From contig OZ024740.1 in NCBI GenBank assembly GCA_964016885.1, positions 430,466,001-430,530,000 on the forward strand: DNA of 64,000 nucleotides, in the 5' to 3' direction. The stretch is from Eledone cirrhosa (Eukaryota). The position numbers and the translations under genes were made by a program. The notes beneath the pieces were generated by a model. It did no database searches. It was not told the origin of the DNA and saw only the letters and a program-made list of their open reading frames with translations. The number at the start of each line of letters is the position of its first letter. Position 1 is the stretch's first letter. This document shows, one piece after another, positions 51,204 through 64,000 of the stretch.

Positions 51204-52876
51204 TGGTACCATAGAGAAGTGAGACAGTGTCACTGGTACCATAGAGAAGTGAGACGGTGTCACTGGTACCATAGAGAAGTGAGACAGTGTCACTGGTACC
51301 ATAGAGAAGTGAGACGGTGTCACTGGTACCATAGAGAAGTGAGACAGTGTCACTGGTACCATAGAGAAGTGAGACGGTGTCACTGGTGCCATAGAGAAAT
51401 GAGACGGTGTCAGTGGTGCCATAGAGAAGTGAGACGGTGTCAGTGGTGCCATAGAGAAGTGAGACTGTCACTGGTACCATAGAGAAGTGAGACGGTGTCA
51501 GTGGTGCCATAGAGAAGTGAGACAGTGTCACTGGTACCATAGAGAAGTGAGACAGTGTCACTGGTACCATAGAGAAGTGAGACAGTGTCACTGGTACCAT
51601 AGAGAAGTGAGACGGTGTCAGTGGTGCCATAGAGAAGTGAGACAGTGTCACTGGTACCATAGAGAAGTGAGACGGTGTCAGTGGTGCCATAGAGAAGTGA
51701 GACAGTGTCAGTGGTGCCATAGAGAAGTGAGACAGTGTCACTGGTGCCATAGAGAAGTGAGACAGTGTCACTGGTACCATAGAGAAGTGAGACAGTGTCA
51801 CTGGTACCATAGAGAAGTGAGACGGTGTCAGTGGTGCCATAGAGAAGTGAGACAGTGTCACTGGTGCCATAGAGAAGTGAGACAGTGTCACTGGTGCCAT
51901 AGAGAAGTGAGACAGTGTCACTGGTGCCATAGAGAAGTGAGACAGTGTCACTGGTGCCATAGAGAAGTGAGACAGTGTCACTGGTGCCATAGAGAAGTGA
52001 GACAGTGTCACTGGTGCCATAGAGAAGTGAGACAGTGTCATTGGTACCATAGAGAAGTGAAACGGTGTTACTGGTGCCATAGAGAAGTGAGACAGTGTCA
52101 CTGGTACCATAGAGAAGTGAGACGGTGTCACTGGTGCCATAGAGAAGTGAGACGGTGTCACTGGTGCCATAGAGAAGTGAGACAGTGTCACTGGTACCAT
52201 AGAGAAGTGAGACGGTGTTAGTGGTGCCATAGAGAAGTGAGACAGTGTCACTGGTACCATAGAGAAGTGAGACGGTGTCACTGGTGCCATAGAGAAGTGA
52301 GACAGTGTCACTGGTACCATAGAGAAGTGAGACAGTGTCACTGGTACCATAGAGAAGTGAGACAGTGTCACTGGTACCATAGAGAAGTGAGACGGTGTCA
52401 GTGGTGCCATAGAGAAGTGAGACAGTGTCACTGGTACCATAGAGAAGTGAGACGGTGTCAGTGGTGCCATAGAGAAGTGAGACGGTGTCACTGGTGCCAT
52501 AGAGAAGTGAGACAGTGTCACTGGTACCATAGAGAAGTGAGACGGTGTCAGTGGTGCCATAGAGAAGTGAGACAGTGTCACTGGTACCATAGAGAAGTGA
52601 GACTGTCACTGGTGCCATAGAGAAGTGAGACAGTGTCACTGGTACCATAGAGAAGTGAGACGGTGTCACTGGTGCCATAGAGAAGTGAGACGGTGTCACT
52701 GGTGCCATAGAGAAGTGAGACGGTGTCACTGGTACCATAGAGATGTGAGACGGTGTCAGTGGTGCCATAGAGAAGTGAGACAGTGTCACTGGTACCATAG
52801 AGAAGTGAGACGGTGTCAGTGGTGCCATAGAGAAGTGAGACAGTGTCACTGGTGCCATACCAAAGTGAGACAGTCA
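51204..52876. repeat. 30-bp satellite, ~55 copies
   Basis: Unit CATAGAGAAGTGAGAC(A/G)GTGTCA(C/G)TGGT(A/G)C. Confidence 0.98.
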
Positions 52877-53046
52877 TACATGGGTGATTACTGGGCTTCT
52901 ATTCAGTCATGCTGCATCCTTCGCTATCAAAGTTATTAAAACTTCATTTTTATTATCATCAATAGTTTCTTAAAATATTTGAAATGTGCAGTTTTTTTAA
53001 AAGAAGTGTTAATAATTTTTGTCTTGACTCTTCTTCTCCTCAACAG

Positions 53047-53138
53047 ATCCTTGGTATTCGGTCGCAGACAGAATCTATTCACATCAGTGATGAATCGCTA
53101 CAGTTACTCAGTATGACTGGAACCAATACCACACTCAG
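53047..53138 (+). CDS. RUVBL1: RUVBL1 exon G
   Basis: ttctcctcaacAG|ATC. Encodes ILGIRSQTESIHISDESLQLLSMTGTNTTL(R), collinear with RUVBL1 IIKIRAQTEG...GTKTTLR; donor GTAAT at 53139. Confidence 0.93.
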
Positions 53139-53735
53139 GTAATATATTAGTAATCTTGTTACATTTTATTAGTACTTCTTCCGAAATACACTCTATTTTA
53201 ATTAATTAATTGAGAATGTTGAAGGATTCCCTAAAATTATTATTTCATGACTAAGATAGTAACTTAATGTAAGGTTCTTATATAAAATTATGTTGGAAGA
53301 TTTTAATTTAAATTGGAAACCTTTATAATGGGTGGTTTTATTTCATAGATTCAGAGCTGGATTTGGTTGGATTGGTAACTAAAGGGTTAATCTTCAGCCA
53401 GTATTATAAAGCTGGATGTTGTTATTGTTTAACCCTATGTCACTCCTGTTTATTAAATGCCTTCCAGCCATGACCATCCTGTCTCTTTATTTCAAAGATT
53501 AAAATGTCCCATTGTTTGCTGTTTACTTTTCTTTTTTAATTTAAGATGGTAGGATATGTTTTGAGGGAAATTTGGTGCTGTTTTTAGCAGGTCAACTAAC
53601 CATATAGAAGCTCCATTATCAGCTCAGTAATTTTTCTTTTTTTAACTGCTTATTTAAGGAGAAAGGGGCTCAGTATCTAGGGTGTCCTTGACTGGTAAGT
53701 GGGAAAAGGGGACGTTATCCTCAAACTGGAGATCA

Positions 53736-53962
53736 GGAGTGAAAATCTGCTAATGGCACCCAAGGGGCAGGTGGTGGGTTCTCCCTACCACCCATATATT
53801 GATGTTCTTGGAGTGAAACTCTGCTAATGGTACCCAAGGGCCAGGTGATGGTGATGGAGTATACCTACCACTCATATAGTAAAGGTATTCTGGGGCTGAA
53901 ACTCTACTAATGGTGCCCCAGGTTCAGGTGGTGGTAAGTTATGTCTACCACCCATATATTGA
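53736..53962. repeat. Degenerate ~75-85 bp tandem repeat x3
   Basis: GGAGTGAAA(A/C)TCTGCTAATGG..CCAAGGG.CAGGTGGTGG...CTACCACCCATATA repeated. Confidence 0.7.
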
Positions 53963-54654
53963 AGATATTAACAAATTAACAACAATTTTCCTTTTTAGGT
54001 TTGTCGCCAGTAGTCTGAGACATCATCATCATCATTGTTTTAACAGCCCTGTCCCTTCTAGCAAGGGTTGGACAGGTTCACAATGACCAAGTCAGTACTG
54101 AAGTAGGGCTACTGATCTCTCAGACAAACTGAGAGATTTGCTTTTCATTCTATTGCGTGTACAGGGGAGGTTGTCTTGTCTCTGACACAACTGAAAAATC
54201 CTCCCAACCCTTCGTTTAGCAGGCTTTCTATGGCAGGATGCCCTTCCTATTACCACCATTAGAGAGGCTGTCATGTCCTTAACATGACTATGGGGTCCTA
54301 CTAACCCTTTGTTTGACAAGTTTACAGCTAGATGCCCTTCCTATCCCCAACCACTTTATAGCATGTACTGAGTGTGTTTATCATGTAGATCACCAACATT
54401 AGGGAATGTATGACGGAAATATATGAATGTTTATTTAAACGATCGCTAACCGGAAGTGTTGACATTTGAAAATTTTAAAGAAGTGAATCTTTAAATAAAC
54501 AAAATATATTTAATCAACAGCTACGAAAATTAGTAGATAAATTATGTAATATTCATTCATTATTTATTCAAAGTAATCCTACTTATTTTACAAACGGGAT
54601 AAAAAAATATATTCTGAGCGCAGTCCTGCACTCCTTACTTTGTTATAGTTTAGA

Positions 54655-54788
54655 TTAGTCCAAAAAAGACCTATATTTTAATTATACTAAATTAGTCCAA
54701 AAAAGACATATTTTAATTATACTAAATTAGTCCAGTAAAGACTTATATTTTAATTATATCAAATTAGTCCAGTGAAGACTTATATTTT
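54655..54788. repeat. ~35-37 bp tandem repeat x4 just upstream of the exon H acceptor
   Basis: TTAGTCCA(AAA/GTA)AAGAC(C/T)TATATTTTAATTATACTAAA repeated. Confidence 0.85.
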
Positions 54789-54803
54789 CTTCTTATTTCT
54801 TAA

Positions 54804-54968
<165 letters not shown>

Positions 54969-55153
54969 TAGAAATAAAACCTTATCTCAAGACATCATCA
55001 TCTCTAAAATAGAACATTTTTTTATTTTGGTTTCCTTTTAATATTGAAATTAATACAATTTATTTGGAAATTTTCCTGAAATGTTGGAATGATAAATGCT
55101 TTATAAACATGTTAAAATCACATTTATGATTCCTCCACCTCACATTTCTGCAA

Positions 55154-55159
55154 AATAAA
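55154..55159 (+). terminator. Probable RUVBL1 polyadenylation signal
   Basis: AATAAA ~185 nt after the stop, followed by a GT/T-rich tract (55186-55230). A second AATAAA lies at 54973. Confidence 0.55.
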
Positions 55160-57159
55160 AGCAATTTCATGTTTACATATTTACATCTCTTGTTGTTTAC
55201 ATTCTTTTATGGGTTTTTGTTGTTTTGTTTTAATTTCAAACTGGTCAGTTATTTGTTTGGTGAGTTTAATTGATGATTAGCTGACAGTTTCTGAACTAAA
55301 GCATGTTTGGTTTGTATCTTGTCACCAGTGCTTCACTTAGGGCCATTCAGAGGGTTGGACTCAAGCTACACTAGGCCAATGACTATGATTTGACCCAAGC
55401 TGGCCTCTGCAGAGTCCTGTGTTCAAGCTTTGGATGTCATCATTTCTTCAACATCTCTTTGTCAAAAGAGTTTCTATAGATCTTGTTTCACTGCTCTACG
55501 AGACATCTGCAATCTTCCTCCACCCATTGTAACTTTATCAGTTGGATTTCAATACCAAGATGGAATTTGAACTCAGTCTACAAAGTGCCATAACAAATAC
55601 TGCAAGGTATTTCATCCAAACTGAAATGAGTTGAGAGGTCGTCTTTAATACTAGTGTTGATGCACTCGGTAAAGCATTTCATTCAAGGTTTTAACAAGTC
55701 CACTAATCAGCCCCCAAAAAATAAAGGACAAAGGTAACCTTGGGCAGGATTTAAACTCAGAACACAGCTGGAACAATTACCATGAAATATTCTGATACTT
55801 AAACAGTTGGGCAGTGTTGTCAATAGGGTAACATATCCATGCTGTGGCTGTACCAGAGTCCCTCATGGGATGGCATTAATTTCAAGGTGGGCAGTTGAAA
55901 ATTTGGATTAGTATGATTTAAATTGGATCTTCAATTGGTGCTAGTGCGTCAGAGAGTTGACTAAAGGAGGTTCAAGCAGGTCTTCCTCTACTGTATCTCC
56001 CATGAGTTCCCACAATAGATAAGATATATTATCATCATCATAACCACAGTCAAACATTCCTGACAAAGTCTCTCCATAATTCACAATTTTCCATTTCTCC
56101 TTACTGAGGTTTGTATCATCTGAGAGTTGATCAATGAAGGTTTAAACAGGTCTTCCTCTACTGTGTCTCCCATGAGTTGATTCCCACAATAGTAACTTGT
56201 GTATAACTTCCTGCTTATTTCTCCAATAATGACCTGCAAATCGTAACCATCTTTGAGCAATTGTAGTTGTTATCTTGGGCAAGTTTCTCTATAAACTTTC
56301 ATTTGTAATACATTGGTGTCAGTTTATAATGGATAACACTAGTGAAAACAGAAAGTGGATGTCATAAATTTCAGTCGAAACCAAATGAAAATGTTTTCAT
56401 GCAATTTACTTAAAACAATAATAATCTCTGTCTCATTAAAACAGTTTCATGATATTGACATAGTAACAAGCTACAGAATTTTGTTTTAAAATCATTTGAA
56501 AAGACAAAAATGTTTTATAGTCCGAGATGAAATTGAGTGTGCAAGAATTGACTAAACAGTTCTACGACCATCTTGGAATAAGACTGCTCCTAACCCATAT
56601 TGGCTGTCACATTGTACGACCAGGTCTTTAAATGTATTATAATAAACAAACACAGGTGCTTCAGTAATAAAGGTTTTGATTCTTTCTCATGTTTGGAAGT
56701 CCAGACCCAGGGTACGCCACTTTGTAGGAGGATATTAGGTTGGGAAGAAACCTTTGTCAAGGTTGCAAGGTCTGGTGAGCTACCAAACTTACATCTGTCG
56801 TATTGCTCACACTTTCTCTAGGTCTACTTTTATTTTATTGTTTTTATTTCCATCATTAGACTACAATCATGCTAGGGCACCGTCTTTAACAGTTTAGTTG
56901 ATCATATCAGCTACAGTACTTTTTTTTTAATTACTTAGTGTCTATTTGTCAAATTGCTAAGTCATATGGCATAATTGGCTGTTCAGCTGTGTAGGCATAA
57001 CATATAAGGATAAACACTCATGCACACATGCACTACACACACAAACACACCAATCTACTAATGATGTGTTAGGCAGTTCTGTTGATTGAATCAATTGGAG
57101 CACTCATCATCAGAAATGGGCTTCCATGTATCTGTGTATCTATCTATATACATATATAT

Positions 57160-57868
57160 GAAAGTAGAGTAACCAAGGTAAGAACAAGATGGAAGAAGTT
57201 CAGTGAGCTATTGCCACTGTTAGCTGCAAAAGGTATTTCCCTCAAAATGAAAAGCAGACCATATGATGCATGCATATGAACAACGTTACATGGTAGTGAG
57301 ACCTGGGCGTTGTGTGCAGAAGACTTGTGTAATAGTAATATACGCAAACGACAAACCATAGACGAACTGAGAGAGAAACTAGACATAAGAGGAATGAAAT
57401 ACTGTGTGCAGGAGAGGAGATTATGTTGGTATGGACATGATGTGCATGAAGGATGACGACTGCATAAAAAGGTGTAGAGCACTAGAAGTCGATGGAAGCC
57501 GTAGAATGGGGAGACCTGGGATGAGGTGATAAAAGCAGACCTTGCCTAATTGCACCTCTCAACAGCAATGACACATGACCGTGACCTCTGGCGTTACGCA
57601 GTAATAAAGAAGACCCGATTTCCCACGAAACTGAAGCATATAGGCCGTATTCCCCCACTTCCCTCCCACTGTAAAGTGGTCGTTTGGGTGTCATGACAAA
57701 AAGTACCCAGACCTCACTGGTGTTAGGAAGGGCATCCAGCTGTAGGTACCAAGCCAAAATCAGTTCTGTATGAGCAAGACATGGTCACCTGACCTGGCAT
57801 TGCCCCCAACAGGACAACCCGTCTAACCCATGCTAGTGTAGAAGAATGGATGTAAAACGGTGATGATA
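57160..57868 (+). mobile_element. Old degenerate RTE 3' fragment
   Basis: VTKVRTRWKKFSELLPLLAAKGISLKMK..., 3' UTR and GGTGATGAT tail. Confidence 0.85.
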
Positions 57869-58286
57869 TATGTATGTAAATGTGTAAATATCTATCTATC
57901 TATCTATCTATCTCTCTATATATATATGTATATATAACCCATGCTAACGTGGAACGATGATGATGATGGTATATATATATATATATTTAATGGTGATGAT
58001 GATGATGATGATACAACATGTGGCTAATTTTGATTGGTTGAAATGTAAGAAGTTACCGACACATCAGCTTAGTTTGAAATGTTCAAACAGGTTGCATCAT
58101 AATTGAAAATGTAGCAACTTAATCACAGTGAAGAATACAATAGAAAATTCTAGAAAGTATTAAAGCTGTTGCCTATTTATCTATTAGTAGGATATTGGTT
58201 TTATTTATATAAGATTTCTAAGTGAATGTATTTTGTTAATGGAAACACTGGAAATGTTTAAAGGAATGATGGGTATTTTTTTATTC

Positions 58287-58990
58287 TAATAATAATAATG
58301 AAATTATTGTGTACAGTGCTCAGGTGCACTACAACTCATCAAAGGTGCATGTATAGTACATAGAATAATGTACAAATGTCAGGAAAATGAACAGTGTACG
58401 AGTCATGATATAATAACAATAACAATAATGAAATATTGTGTACAGTGCCCAGGTGTACTACAACTCATCAAAGGTGCATGTATAGTACATAGAATAATGC
58501 ACAAACATCAGTAAAATGAACAGTGCACGAGTCATGATACACACGTGTGCATGTGTATGGAAGGGGTACATCAGGTGTAGTTTTGGCGTATTTCGGGAAG
58601 CATGGTGTCTTAAAGGATGCAGTGTCTCGGCAGCTAACAATTGACGCAGGCAGTTTGTTCCATGCTTCAGCAACTCTGAGCGTGAAAAAATGTCTACGAA
58701 AGTCATGGGAGCTGTGCTGTTTTCTGATCTTGTAGGCATGTCCACGTGTGTTAGACACATGGAGATCAAAGAGGCGCTCGGTTGCAATTGGCAAGATGGT
58801 TAAAAACTTTGTGGGTATTCACCAAGTCCATTGCCAGACGTCGGAGCTTCAATGAATCCATGCCCAGGGAAGCAAGGCGTTCAGAGTATGGTAGGTGTCT
58901 GATGGAGGGTATGCACTTGGTTGCACGTCTCTGAACAGTTTCCAGGAGGTCAATGTTCTGAGCAAGATAGGGGTTCCAGACTGATGATGC
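58287..58990 (-). mobile_element. CR1-clade LINE 3' fragment with a tandemly duplicated 3' end
   Basis: TRGHAYKIRK...RRHFFTLRVAEAWNKLP is a CR1 ORF2 C-terminal signature; upstream VWNPYLAQNIDLLETVQRRATK; (ATT)n tail; ~130-bp 3' UTR present twice. Confidence 0.8.
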
Positions 58991-60118
58991 GAGTCAGTGA
59001 GGGAAGGACAATGTTCCTGAGCCTTTTTAGGGCCTCTGAAACTGGTGGGAGGTATTCTCAACCTAGAGACATGCTCTAAATGCTTGCAACTAAATGAACC
59101 CTGCTAAAGGCAAACAAAGGCTATGTGGTAGTGTTAAACTGGACAACAGATTAAGGGTACCAATCAAATAGGCCATGATGGGATTTTAACTTAGAACTCA
59201 AAAAACCAGAATTTATCTGGTCTAACATCATAACAATTTAACCAGGCCACCATCTGGACTAATTCTTATTAACCCTGAAAAGATGAAAGACAAAGTTGTC
59301 CTTGGCAGATCTTAACCTTGTTAATACCCTTAATTCTGTTTATTTTAAAACATTTATCTTAAAACTTTCTTTCGTAATTTTATGTAAGGATCTTTTTTTA
59401 AATTATGTTTCTGACACCAGCTTAATAATGTGGAAGTTGGTTAATTTACTAAATCCCTTCAAAGTATTGATTATTTTCAAAATCATTAGAAATTCATAGG
59501 CAAAATTTTTCATTAGAAATATAGTAATGAAAGGTTTAAAAGAAAAAGCAGTGTATTAGACTACACCTTATTCTGCCAGCTCATCAGTAACAGACTGAAT
59601 GTAGACAGAAAGAAGAGAAGGAAGGACTTAATATGTTGGGGACAGTGTTTAGATATATCACACTACAACACAAGATTGAATATGATCCAGTTGTGGTTTT
59701 TTTTTTTTATAAATTACTGTTCCTTGTTCCTACACACATAAGGAAATAAACAATGGCATCACCGTTAAGGTTTGGACCTAAGTGGGAAGGTAATTGAACA
59801 AGGATCAGTAATTTATAAATTTCTATTTCAACACAATGAAGCACAATAAACTGTTGAACTGTAGAACTTTTAGAAGTATTTAAATGATATTGACGAGAGT
59901 GATAATATTTGTATTTGTGTATTTTGTATCAACAGAAGTCACCAGTGAAGTGAAGCAGTTTATAACATAAGAGGATTATGTATTATGTTATCAGTATAGC
60001 AGCATATAATTGTTTCTACGTTTGGCACAAGGCCAGCAATTATCCAGTGCATTACTGGTACTTTATTTTATCGACCCCGTAAGGATGAAAGGCAAAGTTA
60101 ACCTCAACGGGATTTGAA

Positions 60119-61087
60119 CTGTGCTGAAACAGCAAGCATACAGCCACAGGAAACAAGTACCACCAATCTCTGGGAGGGCCCTGTAGAAACAGTAGACAGC
60201 TTCTGCTACCTAGGTGACCGAATTAGCAACGGAGGTGGGTGCTCAGAAAGTACAATAACTAGGGTAAGAAAGGGATGGAAGAAGTTTAGGGAACTACTAC
60301 CACTGCTAGCTGCAAAAGGCTTCTCCCTCAGAATGAAAGGCAGACTGTATGATGCGTGTATCCGAACAGCGATGTTGCATGGTAGTGAGACCTGGGCGCT
60401 GAAGGTGGAAGACTTACGTAGATTAGAGAGAAACGAAGCCTGCATGCTCCGATGGATGTGTAACAGTAATATACGTGAACGACAAAGCATAAAGGAATTG
60501 AGAGAGAGACTGAGCATAAGAGGAATCAAATGCTGCGTGCAGGAGAGGCGGTTACGCTGGTATGGACATGTGATGCGTATGAAGGATGACAGCTGCATAA
60601 AAAGGTGCAGAGCACTAGAAGTTGATGGAAACCGCGGAGTGGGGAGACCCAAGATGACTTGGGATGAGGTGATAAAAGCCGACCTTACCCAACTACACCT
60701 CTCAAAGTCAATGACACACGACCGTGACTTCTGGCGTCATGCAGTAATACAGGGTACCCGACCTCCCATGGGTACATGCTGAAGCATATAAACAATATGC
60801 CTCCACTCCCCCCACCGCAAGGTGGTCGTGGAGGTGCCACAGCAAAAAAAGCACCCAGCCCACACTGTAAAGTGGACGTGTAGGCGCCACGAAAAAGCAC
60901 CCAGCACTCACTGTAAATGTGGTTGGTGTTAGGAAGGGCATCCAGCTGTAGAAATCAAGCCAAATCAGTTCCTGTATGAGCAAGGCATGGTCAGCCGACC
61001 AGACACTGCCCACAACAGGACAACCCGTCTAACCCATGCTAGCGTGGAAGAACGGACGTAAAACGGTGATGATGATGATGATGATGA
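60119..61087 (+). mobile_element. RTE family A 3' fragment inserted into a SINE
   Basis: Near-identical to 20636-21610; (GAT)n tail; SINE halves at 60010-60120 and 61088-61150. Confidence 0.93.
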
Positions 61088-61619
61088 TCGTAAAGGGACG
61101 TAACTATGCTGAAAAGCATGGTGTCCGACCTTCTACCGATACTGCCAAATCACATATAATAGTAACCAGTTTAGAAGTAAGATAAAATAATGTTGACGAT
61201 AATTTGTAGTTCGTTGTAACTGAATTTATTAACAATGTTTAAGGTTAGAAGAGCTGTATTAAGCTTGGTTGGCATGCCAAAAGAAATGAACAAACAAATT
61301 AAGATCTGTAAGAGAAGACACGGTCCAGTGGCTGAAGTGAGAAGCCAGGCCACGGTAATGTTTCATAGTCACACATTGGAATGATGTTTGCAGAGCAAAA
61401 GCAAATGGTTTTTTACCTTAGCAAGGTCAAGCAGCAAGAGAATTAGTTTATTAAAAGAAACGGGAATTTCTCGGTTTGGGCGGAAGTTGACAATACATAT
61501 CCCTACACAGATAGCGATTGGCTCAACTCAGCCAAACAACATACGGAAAGGGTATCAATGTGCCAAAGGAAAGTAGCTTGCTACAAACTGTAGAACTGTT
61601 GAACTGAAGCTAGCCTATA

Positions 61620-62035
61620 ATAAGGGTTTCTTATATAGGCACAAGCCCAGCAACTTTGGGGGAGGGGAAAGTCGATTAAATCAATCCCAATGCATTACTG
61701 GTACTTTATTTTATCAACCCCCATAAGGATCAAAGGCAAAGCTAACCTTGGCGGAATTTGAACTCAGAACGCAAAGAGCCATAACTCTATACCATTAGCA
61801 TGTTGTCTGATGCTCTACCAATACGGCCAATCCACCACCCTCAAGCGAGCATATAATAATAATTGTTTCTACTTTTGGCACAAGGCCAGCAATTATCCCA
61901 GTGTATTACTGGTACTTTATTTTATCGACCCCGTAAGGATGAAAGGCAAAGTTAACCTCGGCAGGATTTGAACTCATACCATAAAAGGCCGTAACTCTTT
62001 GCTAAAAAGCATGTAGTCCGACGCTCTACCGAGCA
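61620..62035 (-). mobile_element. Two tandem copies of the second SINE-like family
   Basis: GGCACAAG.CCAGCAA...TTACTGGTACTTTATTTTATC.ACCCC.TAAGGAT.AAAGGCAAAG.TAACCT.GGC.G.ATTTGAACTC; the - strand has a B-box-like GAGTTCAAAT. Confidence 0.65.
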
Positions 62036-62452
62036 TATAATAATAATAATACTAAACATGATTCCATAGCGACAGAAAGAATTGTGTACTCCCAAAAACA
62101 TTAGACTGTATTTTGAACCTTTTGGATAGAAATTTGCAAACTAGAGTTCCTTGTTCAATGACCTCCACAGGTAAGGAAATAAACAAGATATGACAGTTTT
62201 GTCATCTATTTGAGGTCAACCAAATAGATACCAGTGACACTGAGGCTCTACTTCATAGAACTACAACACTATAGTAGCTACAGAGATGACAATTCCACTA
62301 AAGCAACTAGATGTCAGAAAGTCATTAGCTGTCTAATTAATTATCCAATTTTAAAATCCTACGCTGAAGGAAAGGAAAGTAGATCTGAAAACTAAAACAG
62401 TAGAAATTTTAACTAAATACTAATACAAAAGTGAACTCTTTAATTCTGCTAG

Positions 62453-64000
62453 ATATAATATATTACAGCCAGTATATATAATATATTACAGCCAGTATAT
62501 AATATATTACAGCCAGTATATATAATATATTACAGCCAGTATATATAATATATTACAGCCAGTATATATAATATATTACAGCCAGTATATATAATATATT
62601 ACAGCCAGTATATATAATATATTACAGCCAGTATATAATATATTACAGCCAGTATATATAATATATTACAGCCAATATATAATATATTACAGCCAGTAAA
62701 TAATATATTACAGCCAGTATATATAATATATTACAGCCATATATATATTAAAGCCAGTATATATAATATATTAAAGCCAGTATATATAATATATTACAGC
62801 CAGTATATAATATATTAAAGCCAGTATATATAATATATTACAGCCAGTATATAATATATTACAGCCAGTATATATAATATATTACAGCCATATATATATT
62901 AAAGCCAGTATATATAATATATTAAAGCCAGTATATATAATATATTACAGCCAGTATATAATATATTACAGCCAGTATATATAATATATTACAGCCATAT
63001 ATATAATATATTACAGCCAGTATATATAATATATTACAGCCAGTATATAAAATATTACAGCCAGTATATATAATATATTACAGCCAGTATATATAATATA
63101 TTACAGCCAGTATATATAATATATTACAGCCAGTATATATAATATATTACAGCCAGTATATATAATATATTACAGCCAGTATATAATATATTACTGCCAG
63201 TATATATAATATATTACAGCCAGTATATATAATATATTACAGCCAGTATATATAATATATTACAGCCAGTATATAATATATTACAGCCAGTATATATAAT
63301 ATATTACAGCCAGTATATATAATATATTACAGCCAGTATATATAATATATTACAGCCAGTATATATAATATATACAGCCAGTATATAATATATTCCTGCC
63401 AGTATATATAATAAATTACAGCCAGTATATATAATATATTACAGCCAGTATATATAATATATTACAGCCAGTATATAATATATTACAGCCAGTATATATA
63501 ATATATTACAGCCAGTATATAATATATTACAGCCAGTATATAATATATTACAGCCAGTATATAATATATTACAGCCAGTATATATAATATATTACAGCCA
63601 GTATATATAATATATTACAGCCATATATATAATATATTAAAGCCAGTATATATAATATATTAAAGCCAGTATATATAATAGATTACAGACAGTATATATA
63701 ATATATTACAGCCAGTCTATATAATATATTACAGCCAGTATATAATATATTACAGCCAGTATATAATATATTACTGCCAGTATATATAATAAATTACAGC
63801 CAGTATATATAATAAATTACAGCCAGTATATATAATATATTACAGCCAGTATATATAATATATTACAGCCAGTATATAATATATTACAGCCAGTATATAT
63901 AATATATTACAGCCAGTATATAATATATTACAGCCAGTATATATAATCTATTACAGCCAGTATATATAATATATTACAGCCAGTATATATAATATATTAC
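62453..64000. repeat. 21-23 bp AT-rich satellite running off the window end
   Basis: Unit TATA(TA)ATATATTACAGCCAGTA. Confidence 0.98.

Noticed and set aside
51151-52939. Long repetitive ORFs on both strands (MAPVTLSHFS, RQCHWYHREV)
   Set aside because: Artefacts of a 30-bp satellite that is open in several frames at once.
55965-56192. ~50-bp direct repeat (AGGTCTTCCTCTACTGT.TCTCCCATGAGTT) about 170 bp apart
   Set aside because: Too short and featureless to call an LTR or element; probably a local duplication.

Overview
Eukaryotic, AT-rich, repeat-dense genomic DNA. The repeat content (RTE LINEs with (GAT)n tails, tRNA/CORE-type SINEs sharing those tails) suggests an invertebrate, probably a cephalopod such as Octopus; this is an inference. 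The only host gene is the 3' part of RUVBL1/pontin on the + strand: 8 coding exons from 3423 to the stop at 54968, all GT-AG and phase-consistent, with the 5' exons upstream of the window. About 1.1 kb of CDS is spread over ~51.5 kb. The introns hold intron-specific satellites (57, 31, 27, 79, 30 and 37 bp units), five of which end within ~170 nt of a 3' splice site. They also hold two RTE families whose RT carries an inserted PHD-like zinc finger, three copies of one piggyBac family (one with an intact 558-aa ORF), SINEs, MITEs and a Helitron-like element. One intron has a four-level nest: satellite > hAT > deleted piggyBac > intact piggyBac. Downstream lie a CR1 fragment, more RTE/SINE copies and a 21-23 bp satellite. 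Coordinates were read by eye; repeat edges may be off by a few bases.
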